Shown: positions 1 through 8,877 of the stretch, piece after piece
Layout of the letters: each line of letters opens with the position of its first letter
How positions within the stretch are numbered: position 1 is the first letter of the stretch
Source: Methanocaldococcus sp. 28A
GTDB lineage: Archaea > AGJL01 > Methanococci > Methanococcales > Methanocaldococcaceae
NCBI GenBank assembly: GCA_049852185.1
Contig: CP187540.1
Strand: one strand, 5' to 3'
Length of the DNA: 64,000 nucleotides
Made by a program: the position numbers and the translations under genes
The notes under the pieces: generated by a model
Databases searched by the model: none
Seen by the model: the letters and a program-made list of their open reading frames with translations, nothing else
Told to the model about the DNA's origin: nothing

Positions 1-1
1 T

Positions 2-724
2 ATGGAAGGCCCATATCCTTTAAAATTAGGGGCTAAGACAGCTTTAATTCATACAGCATGTGATGTAGTAGCGATGGGAGCTAAGCCAAAATTTGCATTA
101 AATGCTATTCAAGCAAAAAATGATGAGGAGATAAAATTTGCTGTTGATGGTTTAAGAAAGCAGAGTATAGGTTTAGAGATTCCAATAATTGGGGGAAATA
201 CACAAACAGTTGAAGGTCTAAAATCTTGCATTTCAGTAGCTGTTTTTGGGGAGTTGATTGATGAAAATTTAATAACAAGGGATGGAGGAGCTAAGGAAGG
301 AGATTTATTAATTATGCTTGGTGACCCTGTAGAGGGAGAGGTTGGAGAGAGAATTTATAAAGTAAAGAAAAAATTTAATACCTACTTGGAAATTTTAAAG
401 AGAGGAATAAAAATAAATGCCTGTAAAGATGCATCGAGGGGTGGGTGGTTAGGGAATTTATTAGAGATGTTAATTAAGGCAAAGAAAGGAGCTGAGATAA
501 AATCTCTTCCATACTCCAGAGCTACAAGATATTTGGGAACTTATATATTAGCAGTTCCAGAGGAAGAATATAAAAAAGTAGTGGATATTGCATTAAAAAA
601 TAAATGCCCTTTAGTATTCTTTGGTAGAATACTAAAAGAGCCAAAGCTGATTATAGGCACAAAGGAATATATATCAGAAAATGAAATGCTAAAATTAATA
701 AAAAAATTTCCATATAAATATTAA
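2..724 (+). CDS. AIR synthase-related (PurM/ThiL/SelD fold) protein, probably 5'-truncated by window edge
   Basis: DVVAMGAKP, IIGGNT and ACKDASRGG motifs typical of the AIR-synthase family. Confidence 0.8.
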   Translation: MEGPYPLKLGAKTALIHTACDVVAMGAKPKFALNAIQAKNDEEIKFAVDGLRKQSIGLEIPIIGGNTQTVEGLKSCISVAVFGELIDENLITRDGGAKEGDLLIMLGDPVEGEVGERIYKVKKKFNTYLEILKRGIKINACKDASRGGWLGNLLEMLIKAKKGAEIKSLPYSRATRYLGTYILAVPEEEYKKVVDIALKNKCPLVFFGRILKEPKLIIGTKEYISENEMLKLIKKFPYKY

Positions 725-727
725 ATT

Positions 728-2236
728 GTGTTTGAAACAGTTTCTTAGTTTCTGTATCATATCGTAACATATAGATATTTATAATTGCTCCTCCGAAAAC
801 TGTAAATATAAGAAGGAACTAATAAACCAAACAAAAATTACTTAGTGAATTAAGATGCCAGAACTAATCAAACTGTCTAAAACAGTGGTGTTGAAAAGCA
901 AACCATTAACAAGAACAAAAATAAAAATCATAGAGAATACTATCAAAGCGTATAAAGAAATTTTATCTATTGCCTTAGATTTTGGATTAAAGAATAAAAT
1001 AAAAGGACATATAAAGATTAGGAAAGGAATATACGAAGAAATAAAAAACAAATATCCGAAGTTGCCGACTCATTATATCTATACCGCCTCTCAAGATGCA
1101 TCCACAAGAATAAAAAGCTTTATATCCGTAAAAAAGAAAGGAAGAGTATATACAAAAATTCCAAAAATTAAGAAGGTATCTTTATGGTTGGATGAAACTT
1201 TATTTAACTACAAAGATTTCAAAACGAATATAGAAAAACTATATTCGATAGATAAAAAAGGAAAGAAAACATTGCATTTAAGATTATCTACACCGAACGG
1301 TAGAATAGTTATTCCTCTAAAACCACACAAACTGTTTTTTAAATTATTAAATGAAGGTTGGAAAATAAAATCGGGTTTTAAACTGAGATTGAATAAAGAA
1401 GATGGGACAGTAACAGTTTTAATCCCATTAGAAAAGGAAATAACTATTAATGATTATTATAAAGAGGTTTATGCATTAGATTTTAACTTGGACAATATAA
1501 CTTATGGTAATTTCGAAAATATAGGGATGATAAAAACTGATTTAGGAAAATTAACCGAAAAATACTCAAATATAATGGATAATATCCAAGAGAAATTCGC
1601 ATTTAAAGGTATTCACAAACAAGATAAACCGTTAAAGAGAAAAGGCATTATCTTGCTTAAAAAATTCGGTAGGAGATTAAAAAATATCAGAGAGGATATG
1701 TTAAAAAAGTTAGCTAATAATATAGCAAAAGAACTTAAAGAAAAAGAAGCAGTTTTAATTATCGAGGATTTATCAACCTATTTTAACCAAAATATTGCTA
1801 AAAAATCTTTTAAAAAGCTAAAACATAAATTACACAATATATCAGCCAAAAAATTTTTAGACAATCTTAAAAATAAGTGCTTAGAATTCGGAGTTATAGT
1901 TGTTAAGGTAAATCCAGCTTTCACTTCTATATTATGCCCAAACTGTGGAAATAGATTATCTCAATTATATAGATTAGCTGATGAGGAGGCTCTGCCTTCG
2001 AGGCTAATGTATTGCTTTGATTGTGGTTTCTATGCCGATAGAGATGTTATTGCTGTCTTTAATCTGATAAAAAGATTTCTGGGGCTGTATCCGTTCAGCC
2101 CGAAGTCCAATGAACCCACAGCAGAGGGAATGGTATTCCCGATGAAACTGTGGGCTGAGGACAACCCATTTCCTTAATGATTTTATATAATTGTTGTTAA
2201 ATAAATACTATTATATGCTATAGAAATGGGAAACGG
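728..2236 (+). mobile_element. tnpB-only non-autonomous element (IS200/IS605 or IS607 derived); ends approximate
   Basis: tnpB ORF plus structured 3' end terminating at AACGG (2232-2236); GTGT at both 728-731 and 2236-2239; no intact tnpA. Confidence 0.6.
855..2177 (+). CDS. tnpB: RNA-guided endonuclease TnpB
   Basis: RuvC-I ALDFN, RuvC-II IIEDL, PAFTS, Zn ribbon CPNC..CFDC, RuvC-III ADRD..A..N. Confidence 0.92.
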   Translation: MPELIKLSKTVVLKSKPLTRTKIKIIENTIKAYKEILSIALDFGLKNKIKGHIKIRKGIYEEIKNKYPKLPTHYIYTASQDASTRIKSFISVKKKGRVYTKIPKIKKVSLWLDETLFNYKDFKTNIEKLYSIDKKGKKTLHLRLSTPNGRIVIPLKPHKLFFKLLNEGWKIKSGFKLRLNKEDGTVTVLIPLEKEITINDYYKEVYALDFNLDNITYGNFENIGMIKTDLGKLTEKYSNIMDNIQEKFAFKGIHKQDKPLKRKGIILLKKFGRRLKNIREDMLKKLANNIAKELKEKEAVLIIEDLSTYFNQNIAKKSFKKLKHKLHNISAKKFLDNLKNKCLEFGVIVVKVNPAFTSILCPNCGNRLSQLYRLADEEALPSRLMYCFDCGFYADRDVIAVFNLIKRFLGLYPFSPKSNEPTAEGMVFPMKLWAEDNPFP

Positions 2237-2252
2237 TGTAGGTTATGGTAAA
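2080..2252 (+). ncRNA. Predicted omega-RNA (reRNA) overlapping the tnpB 3' end, with guide from about 2237
   Basis: Stems GGGCTG/CAGCCC (2082-87/2096-2101), CCCACAG/CTGTGGG (2115-21/2148-54), GGGAAT/ATTCCC (2126-31/2135-40), CCCATTTC/GAAATGGG (2165-72/2223-30); pseudoknot CCGTT(2091-95)/AACGG(2232-36). Confidence 0.75.
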
Positions 2253-3483
2253 GATTGCTTTATTAACTTGCGGAGCAGAATGGAGCGGAGTTTATCATGA
2301 AATTGAAAAGGCGGCACAAAAGGTTGGTGGAGAACTTATATTCCCTGAAGTTGATTTATCATATATTGATGAAGTTGAAGAGAGATTAGGGTTTAAAGTT
2401 GGCTCAGCTAATTTAAAATTAATGTTTGCAAGAGCAATGTCTATTATAGAGGGAAATACAGATGCTGAAGCTGTGTTTATAGCTACATGTTTCAGATGTG
2501 CTGAAGGTGCTTTGGTTAGGAATGAAGTAAGAAAGCTAATTCAACAGAACACAAATCTACCAGTTGTTATGTATTCATTTACTGAAAGAACAAAAGCTTC
2601 TGAGTTATTAACAAGGATGGAGGCATTAACTACAATTGTTGAAAGAAAATCATTATTAGCAAGAAAGAAGCAAGAGGGAATAAGTTTAGGTATTGATAGC
2701 GGTTCTACAACAACAAAGGCTGTTGTTATGATAGATGATGAAGTAGCTGGAACAGGATGGATTTATACAAAGGATGTTATTGAATCTGCTAAAGAAGCGG
2801 TTAATAATGCTTTAAATGAGGCTGGCATATCATTAGACCAAGTTGAAACTATAGGAACTACAGGATATGGAAGATACACAGTTGGAAAATACTTTAACGC
2901 TGATTTAATACAAGAAGAGCTAACGGTTAACTCAAAAGGAGCTGCTTATTTAGCAGATAAACAGGAGGGAGAAGCAACGGTTATAGATATTGGAGGAATG
3001 GATAACAAAGCTATTTCTCTATATGATGCTATCCCAGATGGATTTACTATGGGAGGAATCTGTGCTGGGGCAAGTGGTAGATTCTTTGAGATTACTGCAA
3101 GAAGGTTGGGGGTTTCTCTCCAAGAGTTAGGAGAGTTGGCAGCAAAAGGAGATTGGAGAAAGATAAACATGAACAGCTATTGTATAGTCTTTGGTATTCA
3201 AGATTTGGTTACTGCTTTAGCTGAGGGGGCTAAAGCTGAAGATGTAGCAGCTGCAGCTGCTCACTCAGTTGCTGAGCAAGTTTTTGAGCAACAACTTCAA
3301 GAGGTTGATGTTAGAGACCCAGTTATATTGGTTGGAGGTAGTAGTTTGTTAAAAGGTTTAGTTTTAGCAATGGAAGAGGTTTTAGGAAGGAAGATTATTG
3401 TCCCAAGATACTCTCAACTAATTGGAGCTGTTGGAGCCGCTTTATTGTCATCAGGATTTAGATATAAGAAAATAAAAGCTTAA
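2245..3483 (+). CDS. Methanogenesis marker protein 15 (ASKHA ATPase, dehydratase-activator-like)
   Basis: [25 protein letters not shown]; N-terminal TCFRC. Confidence 0.9.
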   Translation: MVKIALLTCGAEWSGVYHEIEKAAQKVGGELIFPEVDLSYIDEVEERLGFKVGSANLKLMFARAMSIIEGNTDAEAVFIATCFRCAEGALVRNEVRKLIQQNTNLPVVMYSFTERTKASELLTRMEALTTIVERKSLLARKKQEGISLGIDSGSTTTKAVVMIDDEVAGTGWIYTKDVIESAKEAVNNALNEAGISLDQVETIGTTGYGRYTVGKYFNADLIQEELTVNSKGAAYLADKQEGEATVIDIGGMDNKAISLYDAIPDGFTMGGICAGASGRFFEITARRLGVSLQELGELAAKGDWRKINMNSYCIVFGIQDLVTALAEGAKAEDVAAAAAHSVAEQVFEQQLQEVDVRDPVILVGGSSLLKGLVLAMEEVLGRKIIVPRYSQLIGAVGAALLSSGFRYKKIKA

Positions 3484-3546
3484 AATAAATATTTTTAAAA
3501 TTTTTATTTTTAAATTTAATTTTAACTTTTCCAGTGGGGAGAGAAT

Positions 3547-4113
3547 ATGGCTGAGATAGTAGTATATTGTGAAGATAAAGCTGGAAAGGAGATTTATACA
3601 AAAGTTATCCAAACTGCATTGGAAGATTTATTATTAGGAAAATCAATAATTAGAGTAGAATTTATTGCTAAAGAAAAAGAACCATATTTTATATTGGGAG
3701 CTCTTCCAAAGCCAACAAGAAAGATTATTAAGCTTAGAGATTTTGCTGAAATTGTAGAGCAAAAGAAAGAAAACGATAGAGTAATATACAAATTAAAGAT
3801 TACCGACGAAACCTATGTTCCACACTTATTAAGAAAGATACATGTTATAGACCAACCGTCAAGGTTTGAAATTATTACAGATTCGGATATTGACTTAGAT
3901 ATGGAAGTTTATGATACAAGCAAAGATTTTATAGATAAAGTAATGGATTTTATGAATAGAGTGTTTCCAGAGGGTATGAGAATTAGAAACACTTATGTAG
4001 GAAAAGCAATAGTTTCTGTAGCTTCAGAACGACCAATAAAACCAGAAGAAAATGAAGAAGCTTTAAAATTAAAAGAAAAATTAGAAACAATGAATACTGC
4101 TGGCTATTACTAA
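3547..4113 (+). CDS. Methanogenesis marker protein 17
   Basis: RVFPEGMR motif; directly downstream of marker 15. Confidence 0.8.
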   Translation: MAEIVVYCEDKAGKEIYTKVIQTALEDLLLGKSIIRVEFIAKEKEPYFILGALPKPTRKIIKLRDFAEIVEQKKENDRVIYKLKITDETYVPHLLRKIHVIDQPSRFEIITDSDIDLDMEVYDTSKDFIDKVMDFMNRVFPEGMRIRNTYVGKAIVSVASERPIKPEENEEALKLKEKLETMNTAGYY

Positions 4114-4137
4114 AAAACTAAAAAATTTAATTTTTTT

Positions 4138-5007
4138 GTGATGACTATGATAATTTTAAGAAATGAGATTTGCGATAAATTGGAAAAAATAGTTAAAAAT
4201 TTAAAGATAGTTAAACACTGCATTGGCTGTGAAGGGATAAATTTAGAGATAGAGAATCCTCATCATCACCCATCAATAGAATTAACACAAAAGTGCAATT
4301 TAAACTGTATTTATTGTTATTCTAAACTAAAAAATGTAAAGAGGGGAATTTATGGAAATTTAGAAGAGGCAGAGGCAGTTACCATATCCCAATATGGAGA
4401 GCCGTTATTGGATTTGGAAGGAGTAAAAAAAGGTATTGAATTTTGTAAGGATTTAGGATTAAGAGTTGATTTACAAACAAATGGAATTTTATTAAATGAA
4501 AAAATTATAGAGGAATTTAAAGATTTAGGTTTAGATTTGATAATGATTAGTTTGAGCTCTTTTAGTAGTGAGAAATATAAATTATTGACAGGAAAAGATT
4601 ATTTTGAGAGAGTTTTAAATAATATAAAAATTGCTTCAAAATATTTGCATACAATTGTTAGAGCTATTTATATTCCAGGATTTAATGATAATGAGCTCTT
4701 AAATTTAGCTAAAGAACTTAATGGCTACGCTAATGAGATTATGGTTCATCAACTCATCTCCTACAAAGAGAACTTAAGTTTTTTAAAAAATGCGGGGATA
4801 GATTTGAATAATTTGGGAAAAATTAGGGATTTACTTTTAATAGTTGATGAAATGCAAAAAAATGCACCTAAAATTAATGTTACTATTAAAGGATGCTTAT
4901 TAGTTCAATTAAAGGAAATGGATGGTTTTATATTAAACAATATAACTTATGATGTGTTCTCGGAAGTTCCAGATATTAAAAGAGAATATAAGCCATTACC
5001 ATGGTGA
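4138..5007 (+). CDS. Radical SAM protein
   Basis: CNLNCIYC, YGEP, LQTNG; extra N-terminal HCIGC. Confidence 0.9.
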   Translation: MMTMIILRNEICDKLEKIVKNLKIVKHCIGCEGINLEIENPHHHPSIELTQKCNLNCIYCYSKLKNVKRGIYGNLEEAEAVTISQYGEPLLDLEGVKKGIEFCKDLGLRVDLQTNGILLNEKIIEEFKDLGLDLIMISLSSFSSEKYKLLTGKDYFERVLNNIKIASKYLHTIVRAIYIPGFNDNELLNLAKELNGYANEIMVHQLISYKENLSFLKNAGIDLNNLGKIRDLLLIVDEMQKNAPKINVTIKGCLLVQLKEMDGFILNNITYDVFSEVPDIKREYKPLPW

Positions 5008-5011
5008 TTTT

Positions 5012-5695
5012 ATGGATTTTGAAAATTCACGAAAAAACTTCAATAAAGCTTCATCAAAAACTTTGGATTGTGTAGATAATGGCTTCGCCCATATAGATTT
5101 TGAAATTTTTGATACTGATTATATAACAATAATTTTTGTTAAAGATAAATTAGATTATACAGGAAGGGAGATAGAGCCGTTATGGGCATTTAAAACCTTT
5201 GATGTCCAAAAAGATAGCATAGTTGTTTTTAGAGGAAAGATGAATGTCTCTATAGATAATATGAAGGATTTGAAAGACATAAAAAGAGAAAAAAATATAA
5301 AGATTCCAATAAAATCAGAAGATGCTATAAATTTTGTTGTAGAGCATTTTGATGCCATTGATTTAAAGACAATATATTTAAGGCAGAGATTGTTGGTTTT
5401 TATAGCTAAGGAAGTAATTGAAAGTTATAATATAAGATTAAAAAGAGATGGGGATGATTTATACTTTGAAGATAAAAAATTATCTGTTTGTATAGCATGT
5501 AAAGGAACTGTTTCAGCAAAAATACATTTGGGGATAAATGTAAAATCAAAAGGAGCTGAGCATGTTAAAATTATAGGATTGGAAGATTTGGAAATAAACA
5601 ATGTTAATGAGGTTATGAGAAAGATAGCAATTAAATATGCTGAGGAAATAAATAAGATTGAAAAAGATTTAAGAAAAACTTTGCCATTATTATAA
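5012..5695 (+). CDS. DUF366 family protein (BPL/LplA-like fold) with apparent 27-aa N-terminal insertion
   Basis: LDYTG..I.PLWA, VEHFD, RDGDDLY, KLSV motifs; GGTGA RBS before ATG 5012. Confidence 0.8.
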   Translation: MDFENSRKNFNKASSKTLDCVDNGFAHIDFEIFDTDYITIIFVKDKLDYTGREIEPLWAFKTFDVQKDSIVVFRGKMNVSIDNMKDLKDIKREKNIKIPIKSEDAINFVVEHFDAIDLKTIYLRQRLLVFIAKEVIESYNIRLKRDGDDLYFEDKKLSVCIACKGTVSAKIHLGINVKSKGAEHVKIIGLEDLEINNVNEVMRKIAIKYAEEINKIEKDLRKTLPLL

Positions 5696-5709
5696 TTGGG
5701 TTGATTTAA

Positions 5710-6054
5710 ATGCTTCATATAATTTACAAATTTTTTATAAATTTTTGGAATTTCTTAAATGAATTGGCTGTCTATATAATAATTGGGCTGTTGATAGCTG
5801 GAATTCTTAAATATTTTTTACCAGATGACCTTATTAGAAAACATCTTGGAAATCCTACAACTTCATCAGTTGTAAAAAGTGTTTTATTTGGAATTCCTTT
5901 ACCTATCTGCTCTTGTTCAGTTATTTCAATAGGCGTTTCTTTAAAAAAGAGTGGAGCAAGTTCTGCATCTGTTTTATCTTTTTTAATAGCTACGCCCAAT
6001 TCCAGAGAAATCTTTAATATTATTTATTGGATTTATAATAATTTACTATTATAG
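5710..6054 (+). pseudogene. Truncated DUF318-type permease
   Basis: LPICSC and FLIATP motifs, then similarity is lost and the frame stops at 114 aa; the family is usually about 300 aa or more. Confidence 0.7.
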
Positions 6055-6172
6055 ATTAAAACCTATCCTTTTTCATTAAAAACATTTATCATGATTGTTC
6101 ATGAGCAAAAAAGGATATATACTACTTTTTTTAATTATATAAGTGAAAAAACATGTAAGGCATGGTGAAATT

Positions 6173-6343
6173 ATGAATACTAAGATGCAATATTTACATG
6201 TGAATGATGAAGAATTTAAAGAGTTAAATGACATAAAGAAAGATTTGACAAGGTCATATACAGGTAGTGAAAGTACAAAAATCATGGGCTATATATTAGC
6301 AGGATTAATTATAATCTCTGTAATTGCACCTATTCTATTTTAA
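6173..6343 (+). CDS. Small C-terminally anchored membrane protein
   Basis: GGTGA RBS, ATG 6173, hydrophobic C-terminus. Confidence 0.65.
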   Translation: MNTKMQYLHVNDEEFKELNDIKKDLTRSYTGSESTKIMGYILAGLIIISVIAPILF

Positions 6344-6411
6344 ATTAGCGGAAATTTACAGACATAAAAAAAGATAGTAGTTTGAACTATTTTTATATAT
6401 AAGATTGCCAA

Positions 6412-6445
6412 AACGAAAAGATTATTAAGTCTAATAGCGCTATTA
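6412..6445 (+). promoter_or_regulatory. BRE/TATA-like promoter with a 14-bp palindrome
   Basis: AACGAAAAG-ATTATTAAG followed by perfect palindrome TAATAGCGCTATTA (6432-6445). Confidence 0.5.
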
Positions 6446-6665
6446 TTTCTCTGCGAATATAGGGTAATTTATATCCCTCTACTATCAGGTAAAATTTCGC
6501 TCGCATAAAATATATTATTTGTAGAATTTTTGGAATTTCCGATTTCTTCACTTTATCTATATCTTTTTTGTCATATCTCTTTTATCCTATAGGCTAATAC
6601 ATTTGATGAGAGCTATGGTATTAAAATAATTTAAAAATTTAAAAATAAAATTAATTAGTGTATTT

Positions 6666-7658
6666 TTAATCTCCTCTATATTGCATTTTTTCAGTTTCGC
6701 TTATTTGAGTTATATCTATTCCTTTCATAGCTTCTCCTAAGTTCTTGCTAACCTCTGCAACAACATCTGGCTTATCGTAGTTATAGGTTGCTTCAACAAT
6801 TGCTCTTGCTCTTTCTAATGGGTTCTCTGATTTAAATATTCCTGAACCTACAAAAACTCCATCAGAACCGAGTTGCATCATTAATGCAGCGTCTGCAGGT
6901 GTTGCAACTCCTCCAGCCGCAAAATTAACTACTGGCAATCTTCCTAATTTTTTAACCTCTAATAAAACTTTATACAACCCATCAACAATCTCAGCCAATG
7001 TAAAGCCCTCATATATTGGTTCATTTTCTAAAACAGTTGCTGGCAATCCCATTCCTTCTCTAACAGTCTTAGCTAATTCAGCATATCTTTGAGCATAGAA
7101 TTTAGCAACTCCATAAACTTCTTCATCAGTCATTCTCTGCAATTGAGCTATAGCTTCATTCATCAATCTCATATGCCTTACTGCCTCAACAATGTTTCCA
7201 GTTCCTGCCTCTCCTTTTGTTCTTATCATAGCTGCTCCTTCCCAGATTCTTCTAACTGCCTCTCCTAAGTTTCTTGCCCCACAAACAAATGGAACGTTAA
7301 ATTTCTTCTTATATATGTGGAAGAATGGGTCAGCTTGGGTTAAAACTTCACTCTCATCAATCATATCTACGCCAATAGCCTCTAAAACCTCTGCTTCTGT
7401 TATATGTCCAATTCTACACTTAGCCATAACTGGAATTGAAACAGCATCCATTATCTCCTCAATTAAAGCTGGGTCTGACATCCTTGCAACTCCACCAGTT
7501 GCCCTAATATCTGCAGGAACTCTTTCTAAAGCCATAACTGCAACAGCTCCTGCTTCTTCAGCTATTTGAGCTTGTTCAACATTAGTAACATCCATTACAA
7601 CTCCATGCTTCACCATCTTAGCAAATCCTTTCTTTAACAAATCAGTTCCTTTTTTCAT
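6666..7658 (-). CDS. pdxS: Pyridoxal 5'-phosphate synthase subunit
   Basis: [38 protein letters not shown]. Confidence 0.97.
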   Translation of the reverse strand: MKKGTDLLKKGFAKMVKHGVVMDVTNVEQAQIAEEAGAVAVMALERVPADIRATGGVARMSDPALIEEIMDAVSIPVMAKCRIGHITEAEVLEAIGVDMIDESEVLTQADPFFHIYKKKFNVPFVCGARNLGEAVRRIWEGAAMIRTKGEAGTGNIVEAVRHMRLMNEAIAQLQRMTDEEVYGVAKFYAQRYAELAKTVREGMGLPATVLENEPIYEGFTLAEIVDGLYKVLLEVKKLGRLPVVNFAAGGVATPADAALMMQLGSDGVFVGSGIFKSENPLERARAIVEATYNYDKPDVVAEVSKNLGEAMKGIDITQISETEKMQYRGD

Positions 7659-7899
7659 AACTGTCCCTCCATAAGCTATGAATTATTTAAAAGTTATTAT
7701 TATGTTATATCTATAAATAACTTAACTCATAATAGAGTTTGGTCATAAGGTATATAATTTTTTATAATCGAGATTTAAGAACCCTAAGTTCGATTCTTGA
7801 GCAAATAAATTATTTTTAATCATATAGAAGTAATTTAGTTTTTATGTATTGAATAGTATTTTAAAGTATGACTTTACAGCATAATAATATTGCGTTGTA

Positions 7900-8360
7900 A
7901 TTTTTACATGACTATGTATATTAGCCTCGATTTTGACTCTAAATCGATAAATACTATTAAATTTTCTTGGATGATTTTTCTGCAATTAATTGAGCGTTTA
8001 ACTTCGATTCATATCCTTTATCTGCTAAAACGCATAAAATATCGCTTATATTAGCCAATAGCTTCTTCAAATATGGCCTACTTTTTCCACAAATAGTTGA
8101 TTTCAATGACAGGTATCTAATTCAAGCTCCTTTAAAATCCAATCGTTGGATTTCAAATATCTTATCTTTAAATAATACTGCTATTGCTCTTGGATTATAA
8201 CCTGGTCTCCCAGTCTAATCGTTCTTTAATCTATATGGAGGCTCTATCTAAAAAACAGCTTGTTTTATCATAGAAACATCCTTATCGTTATATCTCTCCA
8301 TAACTTCGTATTCGTTATAATAGGTCTCTTTCACTTTTTTCGCTTCATATCCATACACCC
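7900..8360 (-). mobile_element. Decayed IS5/IS4-like DDE transposase remnant
   Basis: Minus-strand peptides TGRPGYNPRAIAV (~8165-8215) and VLADKGYESK (~8002-8031) interrupted by stops and frameshifts. Confidence 0.6.
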
Positions 8361-8399
8361 CCTCTTTATTTTTGTTATTTATTATTTATACACTTTTTG

Positions 8400-8770
8400 T
8401 CAAAATCGTCATAATTATAATCTATTTTTTTACGAATAAGAGGGTATCGAGGTAGCATCTTGTTCTAGAGACATAAATACCTAAGCATTCTTTAGATACT
8501 ACATGGATAGCAGACCATACGTAAATAGTTTCATTTTCAATCTTTAGTTTAGTTTCATCGATTGCTATTAGGTTTCTTATCTTTCTTTCAGTCTTATTTA
8601 AAATAGTCTAACCGATTCATAGCTTATACTCTCAAATTGAGATGGGAACAAACTAATTTTCCTCAACGATATCCCTAAGTAATACAAAATCCCCTGCTAA
8701 GATTTTAATCTCTATCGACTTCTTATTTTTCTAATATTCATAATCCTTTCCTTTAACATTGTATCGTAAG
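8400..8770 (-). mobile_element. IS6-family transposase remnant (5' part)
   Basis: Minus strand reads [10 protein letters not shown]...[24 protein letters not shown]...LGIYVSRTR. Confidence 0.8.
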
Positions 8771-8877
8771 TTTCATATTTTTCTATTTTTTTATATACAC
8801 TATTAAACTTTATTAAACTTTTTATCTTAAAAGTCTCTGATTATGTTAGGCAATAATGCTAGTTTTTGGTGATAAAA

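Noticed and set aside
6453-6505. Functional tRNA
   Set aside because: Too short, no anticodon arm or TTC T-loop; kept only as a tentative finding
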